DNA of 64,000 nt from Methanocaldococcus sp. 28A. GTDB taxonomy: Archaea > AGJL01 > Methanococci > Methanococcales > Methanocaldococcaceae. The DNA lies in NCBI GenBank assembly GCA_049852185.1, contig CP187540.1, one strand, 5' to 3'. The position numbers and the translations under genes are program-made. A model generated the notes under the pieces. That model made no database searches and had not been told where the DNA came from. It saw only the letters and a program-made list of their open reading frames with translations. This document shows positions 51,967 through 62,793 of this stretch, piece after piece (position 1 is the first letter of the stretch; every line of letters starts with the position of its first letter).

Positions 51967-53037
51967 ATGTATCCACGGGTTTCCATAATAATTTTGAATT
52001 GGAATGGTTGGAAAGATACTATAGAATGTTTAGAATCGCTCTATAAAATAACTTATCCCAATTATGATGTTATTATTGTGGATAATGGATCCAAAGATGA
52101 CTCTATTCAAAAGATAAAAGAGTATGCTGAGGGGAATATCGAGGTTAATTCAAAGTTTTTCAGGTATAACCCAAACAATAAGCCTATTAAGGTTTTCGAG
52201 ATAAGCGAAGATGACGCAAAACAAGGAAAGTTCAATAAACCGGTCTATGAAAAGTTTGATCCTAACAGGCGGATGATTTTGATCAAAAACAATGATAACT
52301 ATGGATATGCTGGTGGAAATAACGTTGGGATAAAATTTGCTTTAAGTGTTTTGGATCCTGATTATGTTTTGCTTTTAAATAATGATACAGTAGTTGATTC
52401 AAACTTTTTAACGGAGCTTGTTAAGGTTGCAGAGAGTGATAAGAATATTGGTATTGTGGGGCCAAAAATTTATTATTATGATTATAAGGGGAGGAGTGAT
52501 GTTATTCAGTATTGTGGTGTAACATTTATTCCAAAGCTATTGCATAAAAAAGTAGTAGGGTATAAGGAAACTCACTACAATCATATTGAACCGGTTTTAA
52601 CCGATGAGGTTCATGGAGCATGTATGCTAATTAAAAAAGACATCTTTTGGAAAGTCGGTTTTCTAGATAACAACTTTTTTGCATATTGGGAGGAAACAGA
52701 CTTTTGTTATAAATCAAGAAGAATGGGGTATAAACTGAAGGTTGTACCAATAGCAGAAATATGGCACAAAACTGGCTCAAATAATCCATCAGAAAAACGA
52801 ATAAGCACTTTTGCAACATATTTATTCGCTAGGAATGCTATTTATTTCATTCGAAATAATTTGAATGGTTTTGATAAATTTATCAGTCTATGTTTTATAT
52901 TTACGATAAATTTTGCTTTTTTAGAGGCTGTTTATTTCATATATTACAAAAAACCCAAAGTAGCTGTTAGTTATTGCTTGGGCTTAATAAATGGCATTTG
53001 GGGGGAGAAAGGAAAACCCAATTTAATGTTTAAGTAA
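51967..53037 (+). CDS. Glycosyltransferase family 2
   Basis: IIILNWNG, VDNGS, GYAGGNN, LLNND, YWEETD. Confidence 0.93.
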   Translation: MYPRVSIIILNWNGWKDTIECLESLYKITYPNYDVIIVDNGSKDDSIQKIKEYAEGNIEVNSKFFRYNPNNKPIKVFEISEDDAKQGKFNKPVYEKFDPNRRMILIKNNDNYGYAGGNNVGIKFALSVLDPDYVLLLNNDTVVDSNFLTELVKVAESDKNIGIVGPKIYYYDYKGRSDVIQYCGVTFIPKLLHKKVVGYKETHYNHIEPVLTDEVHGACMLIKKDIFWKVGFLDNNFFAYWEETDFCYKSRRMGYKLKVVPIAEIWHKTGSNNPSEKRISTFATYLFARNAIYFIRNNLNGFDKFISLCFIFTINFAFLEAVYFIYYKKPKVAVSYCLGLINGIWGEKGKPNLMFK

Positions 53038-54156
53038 AGATTGATAAACTTTCTCATAATCCCTTGCAACTTCCTCCCATGTCCTTATTTTCTTGCTAAA
53101 CGGCCCTACCTTAACATCACTATTCACAATTTTTAATATTAACTCAGCAACTTCTTTTGGATTAGGTGGATAATTAACACCAAAACATCCTGGTTCATTT
53201 AAAAACTCTTTTAGAGCTGTTCTTTTTGTAACTATTACAGGAGTTCCTAGAGCTAAGGCTTCAGCAACGGTTATTCCATAAGCTTCAGACTCAGAGAGCA
53301 ACAAAAATACATCCGCATTTTTTATTTCATTTATAAGTTCCTCTCTAGGTAAAAAAGATTTCCACATAATTTTATCATTTATTCCAAATTTTTTTGCTAA
53401 TTTTAATAACTTTTTCTTTTCTGGACCATTTCCAATTATCGTAAGAACTACATTTTCTACTCCAAAATCATAAGATAAACTATATAAACTTTCTAATATA
53501 TACTCTACTTTTTTTCTTTTTATTAAATATCCAGAATAAAGAAGATTGATTTTATCTTGATGTTTTATAGTCTTTTTCGTATTGATTATATCCACACCAT
53601 GAGGTATTATCGATATTTTATCTAAACTAATGTCAAATATCTGCATAAGCGTTTTAGCTTCAAATTCAGATGGTGAAATTATATAATCTACTAGTTTAAA
53701 TATTTTACTTCCAATAAAAAAATTGTATATTCCCCAAAAATATCTTCCGACAAATGTACTTCTGGCTACATCTAAATGAGGAGAATATACTAATGGAGTC
53801 TTAGGAAAATGTTTCTTAATAATGTAAATCATTTCTGGTGAAAACAATGTATGGTATCCATGAACATGAACAATATCTGGATTAAACTTTTTTATACTTT
53901 TATATATTACGTCAATATTCTTGATACTAATCCCGTAGAGTATTTTTCTATATTTATATCCTCTAATTAATATAAAACCCTCTTTTTTTTCTTTAATCAT
54001 CTGTAAATTATCATCCCATGATGGATTAAAAACTATAACATCATGACCCCACTTAGAAAGCCATCTAGCTGTTTCAAAAACGACTTTGTTTATTCCTCCA
54101 GGTGCTGTAGTTTCCATATAGTTTATTAATAGAATTTTCATTATCATCTCCTCCAA
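53023..54156 (-). CDS. Glycosyltransferase family 4
   Basis: PGGI, HVHG, EAYGITVAEALALGTPVI. Confidence 0.93.
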   Translation of the reverse strand: MEEMIMKILLINYMETTAPGGINKVVFETARWLSKWGHDVIVFNPSWDDNLQMIKEKKEGFILIRGYKYRKILYGISIKNIDVIYKSIKKFNPDIVHVHGYHTLFSPEMIYIIKKHFPKTPLVYSPHLDVARSTFVGRYFWGIYNFFIGSKIFKLVDYIISPSEFEAKTLMQIFDISLDKISIIPHGVDIINTKKTIKHQDKINLLYSGYLIKRKKVEYILESLYSLSYDFGVENVVLTIIGNGPEKKKLLKLAKKFGINDKIMWKSFLPREELINEIKNADVFLLLSESEAYGITVAEALALGTPVIVTKRTALKEFLNEPGCFGVNYPPNPKEVAELILKIVNSDVKVGPFSKKIRTWEEVARDYEKVYQSLLKH

Positions 54157-55331
54157 ACAAAAAATTTAAACACTCTCTCATACTCCTTCGCAACTTTCTC
54201 CCAGTTGTACTGCCTTCTTATCCTCATAATTTGAGTCTTCTTTATAAGCTTTAAATCAAACATCCCTCTCTCAAGCATTTTCATTTTGTTAGCTAAATCA
54301 TCAGCATCTTTAAAGTATATTCCCCCTTCCTGCAGAACCTCCTTGTTAAACGGCACACCATAAGCTAATATTGGTCTCTTAAACAGCATCTGCTCAAGTA
54401 GAGAGGGATTTGTCCCTCCAACTTCATAAGCGTGAATATAAGCAAAACAGTACTTCCTCAAAACTCCGAGAACTTCTCTGTCATATATTGGATCTAGGAA
54501 AATTATATTGTCATTATTACTTTTTAATTTAAGCAAATGTTGTGTATAGGGGTCCCTTTTGTTGAAGTTTCCAACTATAACAAGCTTATTTATAGAATCT
54601 GCTTTTTTAAATCCTTCAATTTCCAAATGAATATTGTTCTCAGCAACTATACGAGCAACTGTTAGGTAATACCTCCTCGGTTTTAATCCAAAGCTATTTA
54701 AAATTTCTATCTCGTCCTCTTTTGATAACTTCGATGGAAGAAGTTCTCTTGCACCATAAGCAATGTAAATTACTTTTTTTGGTTTATGTTTCCTTTCTAA
54801 ATGCTTTTTAATACCCAAGGAGTCAGCGACCACAATATCAGGTAACTTACAAGACAAGTATTCCATCAAATACATGTAGATCATTGTAGCTAAATAAATT
54901 GGAAATAAATAAAATGGCACAAAATAGCTTCTCTTTATCAGTCTTCTCCATTCCACACCATCTGGGTTTATCATAATTTTTTTCTTTGCAAGTTTTGCAA
55001 GAATTGCTGCTACAGAGCTATCAGGTCCAAGAAAGTAAAATAACTCTATGCTTTTTTCATGTTTTGCGAGAATATATGAAGTATTGAGAAGGTCATTAAT
55101 TGTTGGAATACTTGTACTTTTACTTTCAATTGCTGGAGAATGAACTCTGATAATTTCAGTATAGTTATCTTCATAAAATTTATTATCCTCATGCATAACA
55201 TAAAATTGAAATTTATCTTTTAATCTCATAGTGAGTTCTTCTACAAAAGTTTCAGTACCTCCATAGTTAGATGGAATTCCTCTTAATCCAATAATTGCAA
55301 TTTTAGGTTTATTTTTAGGTTTATTCAACAT
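54144..55331 (-). CDS. Glycosyltransferase family 4 with DUF1972 N-terminus
   Basis: GLRGIPSNYGGTETFVE, NPDGVEW, EVGGTNPSLLE. Confidence 0.9.
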   Translation of the reverse strand: MLNKPKNKPKIAIIGLRGIPSNYGGTETFVEELTMRLKDKFQFYVMHEDNKFYEDNYTEIIRVHSPAIESKSTSIPTINDLLNTSYILAKHEKSIELFYFLGPDSSVAAILAKLAKKKIMINPDGVEWRRLIKRSYFVPFYLFPIYLATMIYMYLMEYLSCKLPDIVVADSLGIKKHLERKHKPKKVIYIAYGARELLPSKLSKEDEIEILNSFGLKPRRYYLTVARIVAENNIHLEIEGFKKADSINKLVIVGNFNKRDPYTQHLLKLKSNNDNIIFLDPIYDREVLGVLRKYCFAYIHAYEVGGTNPSLLEQMLFKRPILAYGVPFNKEVLQEGGIYFKDADDLANKMKMLERGMFDLKLIKKTQIMRIRRQYNWEKVAKEYERVFKFFVWRR

Positions 55332-55339
55332 CTCACCTT

Positions 55340-56044
55340 TTAATCAAACCTCTTTTTAACGAGATACCATCCAATCATTAATCCAGTTTTTATAGCACCT
55401 AATGGATTACCCCCACCTAATTTAGGTTTATTTGGTCTTTTTCTGTAATTTATTACAATTTCACCAATATTAAAACCTTTTTTTACAATTTCAGTATAAA
55501 AGTTAGCTTCAAGGTCAAAACCATCGGCATCTATTTTAATAGACTCTAAAACATACTTTCTAAACCCCCACATTCCAGTACATAAATCACTAATTTTCAT
55601 TCCATAAAGAATTGTAGCTAATAATGTCAAACCGAAATTTCCTAATTTATTAACTTTTGACATTGCTCCATTTTCAATTTTTCCTTTTAATCTAGATCCA
55701 ATAACAACATCGTATTTTTCCAATGCTTTAACAATGTCATAGATATATTCAGGAGGATAAGTATAATCTGAATCAAGCATAACTAAATAGTCATAATTGA
55801 AATCTATTAACTCTAATGCTCTTTTTACACCTCTTGCTTTACCTATTGGCACATTATATACTATTGCCCCCTTTTTCTTAGCAATTTCAGCTGTTTTATC
55901 AGTACTATGTCCATTAGCTACAACAACTTTTACATTATACCCCTCATTCTCTAATTTCTTAAATGGTATTTCGTCAATAACCTTTCCTATAGTTTCTTCC
56001 TCATTAAGTGCAGGTAATAAAACTACAACTGTTTTATTTTTCAT
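55340..56044 (-). CDS. Glycosyltransferase family 2 (DPM1-like)
   Basis: PALNEE, STDKT, LDSDYTY, GSR, DLCTG. Confidence 0.9.
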   Translation of the reverse strand: MKNKTVVVLLPALNEEETIGKVIDEIPFKKLENEGYNVKVVVANGHSTDKTAEIAKKKGAIVYNVPIGKARGVKRALELIDFNYDYLVMLDSDYTYPPEYIYDIVKALEKYDVVIGSRLKGKIENGAMSKVNKLGNFGLTLLATILYGMKISDLCTGMWGFRKYVLESIKIDADGFDLEANFYTEIVKKGFNIGEIVINYRKRPNKPKLGGGNPLGAIKTGLMIGWYLVKKRFD

Positions 56045-56065
56045 AGTATCACACTATTTAAATTT

Positions 56066-57055
56066 TTATATGCTTAAAATTGATTTTCTATACTCTTCAT
56101 ATCTCTTCCAAGCCTCTTTAGCTTTTTCTTTTTCACCCAAATATTCATAAGCTTCAGCAACATGTTTCCACCACATTCCATCACTTTCAGCTTCCTTTAA
56201 ACAATAATCTAAAAATTTTTCATAAGCCTCTTTAGTTAAATCTTTTTTACCTAATTTTTCAGCTATTTTACCAACATCTTCCCAAAAAACTCCTTCTTCT
56301 TTTGCTTCATTAATATAATACTCTAACGCCTTTTCCCATGCATATTTTGCTTTCTCATCATTTCCAAGATTTTCATACAACTTAGCTACATCTTCCCAAA
56401 ACCATGGCTCTTCTTTTGCATATTCTTCTAAAGCCTTTACAGCTTTATCCATATTTCCTGATTTTTTCCAAAATTCATAAGCTTCTTTTAAATAATAAAC
56501 ATCATTCTCCTTTTCATATAACTTTTCATACAACTCAGCTGCCTTATCAAACTTCTTAGCCTTTTCATAAGCCCAGGCAGCACTCTCAAGCCATCCAAGC
56601 TTAAAGTACATCTCAGCTGCTTTTATATAATTACCCTCTTTCTCATACTTTCTTGCAGCTGCCTGATACTTCCCTATCTTTTCAAGAGCCTCAGCACTTT
56701 TAAACCTATCAATTAATCCTAAATCTGGTTCACTTATATACCAAACAAAACCAATCAATCCTAATATATATAAAGCTATAATTACTCCAATAATCTCAAG
56801 CTTTTGCCAAGTTATGGATAAATAAGTAGCATACCCACTTAAAATTGCAGGTATCAAAAATAACAAACAAAATTTCCAATTTTTTACATAGGCACTTAAA
56901 ATTGCAAAAAATAACAACATTAAAGTTACTCCTCCAAATCCTAAACTTAAAATTAATCTTATAAGCATCAATAAATCAAATTTCCACACTATTATTCCAG
57001 CTACTGCCAATACAACAGCTAAAAATCCAACCATATATGCTTTTAATTTGTCCAT
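56066..57055 (-). CDS. Membrane-anchored TPR/SNAP-like repeat protein
   Basis: Four N-terminal TM segments followed by AAxxYEK and FWEDVA helical repeats. Confidence 0.8.
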   Translation of the reverse strand: MDKLKAYMVGFLAVVLAVAGIIVWKFDLLMLIRLILSLGFGGVTLMLLFFAILSAYVKNWKFCLLFLIPAILSGYATYLSITWQKLEIIGVIIALYILGLIGFVWYISEPDLGLIDRFKSAEALEKIGKYQAAARKYEKEGNYIKAAEMYFKLGWLESAAWAYEKAKKFDKAAELYEKLYEKENDVYYLKEAYEFWKKSGNMDKAVKALEEYAKEEPWFWEDVAKLYENLGNDEKAKYAWEKALEYYINEAKEEGVFWEDVGKIAEKLGKKDLTKEAYEKFLDYCLKEAESDGMWWKHVAEAYEYLGEKEKAKEAWKRYEEYRKSILSI

Positions 57056-57092
57056 AATATTAACCTCTCTTCTCTTTTATATATTTATATAG

Positions 57093-57928
57093 TGTGGTAT
57101 CCCGAAAATATTTCGCACCTATAAATAATAAAAAAGAAAAGATAACATAAATAATGAGGGGTGTAAAACTTGGAAAAAGGATTTAAAACGAAAGAAGAAG
57201 TTGGGAATATCTACTCGTAGAGTTCATTAGATATGGATGGTATATCGAGAGACTGGAGAAATCCCAAAGATAAAGCGTAGATGTAGGAAGCCGAAAGAAA
57301 TTACTCGGGAAGAGACTATTCTTAAAGCACTCGAGGAATATAAGGGAATAAGCCCAGTTCATTTGGGACACTTTATCGAACATAGGTATAATATACATAG
57401 GACTTTCATAGGAATAAATAATTTATTGAACATAGACACCTTAAAAGGGTCCTATGTATATATTCAACATAACCGTATATATACTATACTGAAACAATAA
57501 TATAGTAAAATACAACCCAAAAAGAAAAAAAGATGTAACTCTCCGCTTACTAAAAACGATTTAACGCTTCGAAGCCTAATGAATTTGTGGTAGAGGGATT
57601 TTAAACTTGTAGATATTGATAGAATTAGGCATAATTCATTAATATTATTTATACTAACAAAAGTCTTACCATAAGAAAAGTTGAACGGATAAATAGAGAG
57701 GTTGAATATCGACTAAATAGATTTAATAGTCTAAAAGATTTCATAGTTTGAATAAAATCACTAATGTGATTTCATAACTCTCCGCTACGCTCCGATTGGA
57801 ATAATAAAATAAAACCACATCGTTCTTTAGATTATAGGACTCCTTATGAGGTTTATTTCGAAAATACCGTTAATAATATGGAGGAGATTTCATAAATTAT
57901 AATTGCGAAATAATTTCAGGATACCACA
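57093..57928 (+). mobile_element. Degenerate IS481-family element
   Basis: 25-bp TIRs with 2 mismatches (TGTGGTATCCCGAAAATATTTCGCA), TGT...ACA ends; C-terminal KPHRSLDYRTPYEVY fragment. Confidence 0.85.
57400..57452. mobile_element. Short MITE B inserted in the IS481 relic
   Basis: TA-GGACTTTCATAGG...AAAAGGGTCC-TA. Confidence 0.7.
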
Positions 57929-57972
57929 GCTATAATAAAAAGCTTAAATATATTTACAATTACTGTGAAATT

Positions 57973-58452
57973 ATGAAAGTAAGAGAACTAAAAAAAAGAG
58001 AAATTAATTTAATAAAAGAAGAACTAAGTAAATACACCAATGAAGATTTTGTTAAAAATTTTAATTATGAAAATTTGGCAATTTTGGAAGGAAAATGGCT
58101 AACTGTTTGTTATGCAAATAAACAAACAATAAGAAATTTAAATATGTTTCATGAGATATTTTCAGTAGGTAATGTTTTTGGTGAGATTAAGAGAAAATTT
58201 AGATTATCCTTAGAGGGATTTACACTAATATCCCAACATATAATAAATAATTATGCAATTGTAAATGAAAAAGGAGAAACATTGTTTTTGTATGGAAGAG
58301 ACATATTTAAAGAATCAATTATAGAGGTTAAAGGCTCTGGAAGAATAGCTATTTTTAATAAAAATAGAGAATTTTTGGGAATTGGATTCTTAGATGGAAA
58401 GATGATTAAAAATATAAAGGATAAGGGATGGTATTTAAGAAAGGGGGGATAG
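57973..58452 (+). CDS. NIP7-like PUA-domain ribosome biogenesis protein
   Basis: [23 protein letters not shown]. Confidence 0.8.
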   Translation: MKVRELKKREINLIKEELSKYTNEDFVKNFNYENLAILEGKWLTVCYANKQTIRNLNMFHEIFSVGNVFGEIKRKFRLSLEGFTLISQHIINNYAIVNEKGETLFLYGRDIFKESIIEVKGSGRIAIFNKNREFLGIGFLDGKMIKNIKDKGWYLRKGG

Positions 58453-58531
58453 ATAAGGACATTAAAAAATAGACGATTTAAATATTGTTATTATTGATTA
58501 AATCATTAATTTAAATTTAATAGGTGGAATA

Positions 58532-59329
58532 ATGAAAGCAAAAGAATTGGCTCAAAAAATTTTATTAGATATTTACAAAAACTTAGATGAGTTTTCAAAA
58601 GATGTAATTAGGGGAGATTTGGCAGATGTTGAATTTAAAGGATTCTACCTAAAAGGAAAAAACGGAGAAAAAGCTTATATTAGGAATTTGGATGATTTTG
58701 AGAATTTGGAAGATTTTGATGTAGAGATGAGAAAATATACGCTAAAAAGCATTAATTTAAAAAACTTAGATGATGGTTTGATGATAATAAATCTATCTTC
58801 AAGAGCAAGTAATGAGTATAAGTTTGAGGCAAATGAATACTCAATAATCTACCCATCAAACGATACAACCATAGAGTTTAAAGAGAGGATGTTAAAGTGG
58901 ATGGAATTAGAGGATGATGAATTAGATGAAAAAATTATAGAGTTTGATACAAAGATTAATGAAATTCTCGAAGAACTATTAGAAGAAATTGATGTTGAAG
59001 AAGAGATTTCTGTATATATTGATGTATTTATGGATGTTAATAAAATCGAAAACTTTGTAGAAAAGTATGATGAGAGAGTAATTATCTGGATTCATCCAGT
59101 ATTTTTATTCTCAAATAATGATGTATTAAGAGGACTTTTGGCTTACGAGTTATCAAGATTCAAAAATAAATTCTTAGAGATTGGATATAAAGATATAATA
59201 AAATACTGCAAGGAATTGAAAAAATTAACCAATAAAAAACCAAAAGTTCTTGAAAAAATTAAGAATATTGCAAATAAATATGGAGATACTGAATCTTTAA
59301 ATTTAATAAATGAAATTGAGAATGAATAA
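58532..59329 (+). CDS. Hypothetical acidic protein
   Basis: 265-aa ORF with AGGTGG RBS; no family recognised. Confidence 0.7.
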   Translation: MKAKELAQKILLDIYKNLDEFSKDVIRGDLADVEFKGFYLKGKNGEKAYIRNLDDFENLEDFDVEMRKYTLKSINLKNLDDGLMIINLSSRASNEYKFEANEYSIIYPSNDTTIEFKERMLKWMELEDDELDEKIIEFDTKINEILEELLEEIDVEEEISVYIDVFMDVNKIENFVEKYDERVIIWIHPVFLFSNNDVLRGLLAYELSRFKNKFLEIGYKDIIKYCKELKKLTNKKPKVLEKIKNIANKYGDTESLNLINEIENE

Positions 59330-59359
59330 ATGAGAAATTTTTATGATAGTGGAATTGGT

Positions 59360-59640
59360 GGTAGTTTCCTTAAATAGAACCTATAAAACAAAAGATCATA
59401 AAATAAAAAGTTATCAATAATTAAAGAAATTCTAATAGCAATCGATGAAACCAAACTAATGATTGAAAATGAAATTATTTACGTTTGTTATCGATGTAGT
59501 ATCTAAAGAATGTTTATGTATTTATGTTTCTATAGAAACTATGACCAAAACTCGAAAGAGTTCAATTTAATTTAAGAAATTATGTCTAAAAATTTCTTCT
59601 CTCTACGTAAAAAAGAACTAAATCTTCCTATGACCTATTC
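59360..59640 (+). pseudogene. IS6-family transposase relic
   Basis: IAIDETKLMIENEIIYV followed by frameshifted IDVVSKECLCIYVS. Confidence 0.6.
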
Positions 59641-59693
59641 CCTAATAATACTAAATTCTTAGTCTGTCATTAGCTGTTTTGTATCTTCCTCAA

Positions 59694-60884
59694 TTAATCT
59701 TTTTTAATAATTTTTAATGTTTCAATAAGATTGTCAATATGCTCTTTTTTAATGTGTGGCATAACAACAATTCTTAAAGCTTTAACACAATTACACACTG
59801 AGACATAAATTCCTTTATCTCTAAGTTTTTTACAAACGTCTTTATAATTTTCATCTTCAATTGCAACAATATTTAATATAGGTTCAATAACTGGCTTAAA
59901 ATTATTTTCTTTTAATTTTTTGTAAAGATAGAATGTGTTTTCCATACACTCATTAACTATCTTCCTCTGCCCTTCTTTACCTAAATATTTTAAAACTGCA
60001 TAAGTGCATGCTCCTCCAAATCCTACTCTTGTCCCTAAAATTGTTGCTTGCCTGGTTTCTGTTAAATAAGGAGCATTAACATCCAAATATTTTCTATAAC
60101 TTATATTTTTAAATAAAATACCTCCACTTGGAATTGGACAGTGTCCCATTTTATGAGGGTCTATGGTTATAGAATCTACTCCCAAAGAGAAGTCAAACTT
60201 ATAATTTACTTCTCTTTTTTTGTATTTATCCTCCAAAAATGGAATTACTAATCCTCCAAATGCTGCATCTACATGGATATAAATATTATTTTCCTTAGCT
60301 ATTTTGCTTAGCTCTTCTATATTATCTATAGTTCCAAGCTCTGTTGTTCCAGCAATTCCAATAATTCCATTTATCTCATAATCTTCCACTGCATCCCTAA
60401 CAAATTTTTCATCTATAGTATAATCTTTTTTAATTGAAGCATAGATATAATCCAAATCCATCATATCTCTTCCTTTCTCAAATGAGAAGTGGGCAGTTAC
60501 TGGAACAATAATTTTAGGATGTTCATTTTTTGATAGACCTTTTCTTTTTTTCTTTCTCCATATATTTTTTATACATCTCAATGCCATTAAATTAGCCTCA
60601 GTTCCTCCACTAACTATATGCCCATAGGCATTTTTATTGTTTAACAAAGAGCCTAATAATTCTATAGCTTTTTCTTCTAACAATTTAGTTCCTTTAAATA
60701 AACCTGGGTCTCCCAAGTTTGTTTCTAAGAACATATCTACAATTTTTCTTGTTATAGGTAGTATATTTGAACACATTGAACCAAAAATCTTTCCATCTTC
60801 ATACTTTAAATCTAAATCTCTGTATTTAATTAACTCTTCCAAAATTTCTCTCTCACTAACGCCCTTTTCTTGCATAATTCTCAC
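59694..60884 (-). CDS. mfnA: L-tyrosine/L-aspartate decarboxylase
   Basis: [27 protein letters not shown] (PLP Lys); GTG start at 60884 after a GAGGT RBS. Confidence 0.95.
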   Translation of the reverse strand: MRIMQEKGVSEREILEELIKYRDLDLKYEDGKIFGSMCSNILPITRKIVDMFLETNLGDPGLFKGTKLLEEKAIELLGSLLNNKNAYGHIVSGGTEANLMALRCIKNIWRKKKRKGLSKNEHPKIIVPVTAHFSFEKGRDMMDLDYIYASIKKDYTIDEKFVRDAVEDYEINGIIGIAGTTELGTIDNIEELSKIAKENNIYIHVDAAFGGLVIPFLEDKYKKREVNYKFDFSLGVDSITIDPHKMGHCPIPSGGILFKNISYRKYLDVNAPYLTETRQATILGTRVGFGGACTYAVLKYLGKEGQRKIVNECMENTFYLYKKLKENNFKPVIEPILNIVAIEDENYKDVCKKLRDKGIYVSVCNCVKALRIVVMPHIKKEHIDNLIETLKIIKKD

Positions 60885-61009
60885 GTTTATACCTCTCTGT
60901 ATTATTAGGGATAAATTATATCCCTTCTTAAAATTATTCAGAGTTTCGTATGGAATACAAAAGCCAAATTCTTTTATAAGTGCCTTCTGATACAAGGGAT
61001 AATACATTA

Positions 61010-61300
61010 TGAAACGAAAAAATCAAATAAAACTTATTACACTGAATACTATGCTATGGAGTGATATGGACAATAAAGACGTATTTTCATAGATAAAATG
61101 CATGGTATATTCAATAGAACTCCTATATAAATTAAATGATAGTAAAGTGAAGAGACCATGATTTAATCCAAAAGCTATATTAGTTATATTCCAAAGATAT
61201 TTAAATTTTATGGATAAATGGGTTATAATATGTGTAATTTACAAAAAAGACTGATTTAGAAGGAATATTATCACATAAAAAATTAAAAAATAAAATATTG
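61010..61300 (+). pseudogene. Second IS1182-like transposase relic
   Basis: Similar to 11250-11430 (AGACCATGATTTAATCCAAAAGCTATA). Confidence 0.4.
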
Positions 61301-61400
61301 TATTATAAAAAAGTGTTGTTGAAGAGAATAAAATAAACATTATTCATTATTTATCCACATTTAAAAAATAATTTTATGTTTTTGAATATCTTTAGTTTTT

Positions 61401-61425
61401 ATGACGGTTCTCTACCCTAAAGGGC
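61401..61425 (-). mobile_element. Relic IS200/IS605 right end
   Basis: ATGACGGTTCTCTACCCTAAAGGGC compared with ATGACGGCTCTCCGCCCTAAAGGGC at 37683. Confidence 0.65.
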
Positions 61426-61675
61426 TGTTCATCCTTACTAATAATATTATAATAATAACTATTAATTGGACAAAGGTAAATAACATTTTAATTTTAATTG
61501 TTTTTAATTGATATTTTCATATCTATCTAAAAATTATTAAATTTATGATTATTTAACAAGATTTTTCTAATTGAAAATAAAAGATGTTTAATTCAGAGTG
61601 ATATACTAAAGTTATAAATTTATGGAAATTAGTATTATCAAAATAGATTACAAAAACTATAATTTAGGTGAAAGA

Positions 61676-62536
61676 ATGAAAATCTCTGATGTTGTTGTTG
61701 AATTGTTTAGGGATGCAGTTATTTATCTGCCAAAAGATGTAAAAAATGCATTAAATGAAGCGTATAATAAAGAAAGTAGTGAAATATCAAAAAATACTTT
61801 AAAAGCAATTGTAGAAAACTATGTAATTGCTGAAGAAAAACAAGTTCCTTTATGTCAAGATACTGGTATTCCAATAATATTTTTAAAAATTGGGAAAAAC
61901 ATAAATTCATCAGAAATCATGAAAATCATTGAGGAAATAAAAGAAGGTGTAAAAAAGGCTACAAAAGAGATTCCTTTAAGACCTAATGTAGTTCATCCTT
62001 TAACAAGAGAGAATTTTAAAACAAATGTTGGATTAAATGCTCCTTTTATAAACATAGAGTTTGATGAAAACTTAGATAGAGAGATTGAGATAATTGCATT
62101 TCCAAAAGGAGCTGGTAGCGAGAATATGAGTGCTTTAGAGATGCTAAAGCCATCTGATGGTATAGAAGGAATAAAGAAATTTGTCCTTGAAACTGTAGCC
62201 AACGCTGGAGGAAAACCTTGCCCACCAATAGTTATTGGAATAGGTATTGGTGGAACTGCAGATGTGGCATTAAAATTAGCTAAAAAGGCATTACTAAGAG
62301 ATATTGGAGAAAGACATAGAGATAAAGAAATAGCTGAGCTTGAAAAAGAGTTGTTAGAGAAGATAAATAGCTTAGGAATAGGAGCTATGGGTTTAGGTGG
62401 TAATATTACAGCTTTAGATGTATTTATTGAAATTGCTGGCTGCCACACTGCTTCTTTACCGGTAGGGATTTGTATTCAATGCTGGGCTGATAGAAAAGCA
62501 TGTAAAAAAATAAAAATGGATGAAATTGAGCTATAA
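61676..62536 (+). CDS. Fe-S hydro-lyase (fumarate hydratase / tartrate dehydratase) alpha subunit
   Basis: PLCQDTG, KGAGSEN, GKPCPP, CHTASLP, QCWADR. Confidence 0.92.
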   Translation: MKISDVVVELFRDAVIYLPKDVKNALNEAYNKESSEISKNTLKAIVENYVIAEEKQVPLCQDTGIPIIFLKIGKNINSSEIMKIIEEIKEGVKKATKEIPLRPNVVHPLTRENFKTNVGLNAPFINIEFDENLDREIEIIAFPKGAGSENMSALEMLKPSDGIEGIKKFVLETVANAGGKPCPPIVIGIGIGGTADVALKLAKKALLRDIGERHRDKEIAELEKELLEKINSLGIGAMGLGGNITALDVFIEIAGCHTASLPVGICIQCWADRKACKKIKMDEIEL

Positions 62537-62597
62537 CACAAATTTCTATTTTTAATATATTCGAATATTTAAACATGATATACTAAAAAACAAATTA

Positions 62598-62707
62598 TAG
62601 TTGTGTGCAAAAGTTTTTTAAATAAAATAAGGAATTAGTGAATGCCTTCATTATGGAAGGCATTCAAATTGTCCTTATAAAAGTTTATTTTATTTTGCAC
62701 CCAACTA
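62598..62707. mobile_element. MITE family A
   Basis: TA-TAGTTGTGTGCAAAA...TTTTGCACCCAACTA-TA, 110 bp. Confidence 0.88.
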
Positions 62708-62793
62708 TAAATTCCATATTCTGCACTTAAAGTTTAAATATTAAATGCGTTATAATATTAATCATCAAAAAATTCTGTTAAAAGGTGAGATTG

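Noticed and set aside
57237-57500. 87-aa ORF as a functional gene
   Set aside because: It is a fragment of the IS481 transposase reading through an inserted MITE.
60885-61007. N-terminal extension of mfnA in the ORF track
   Set aside because: The RBS and family homology support a start at 60884 or 60875.
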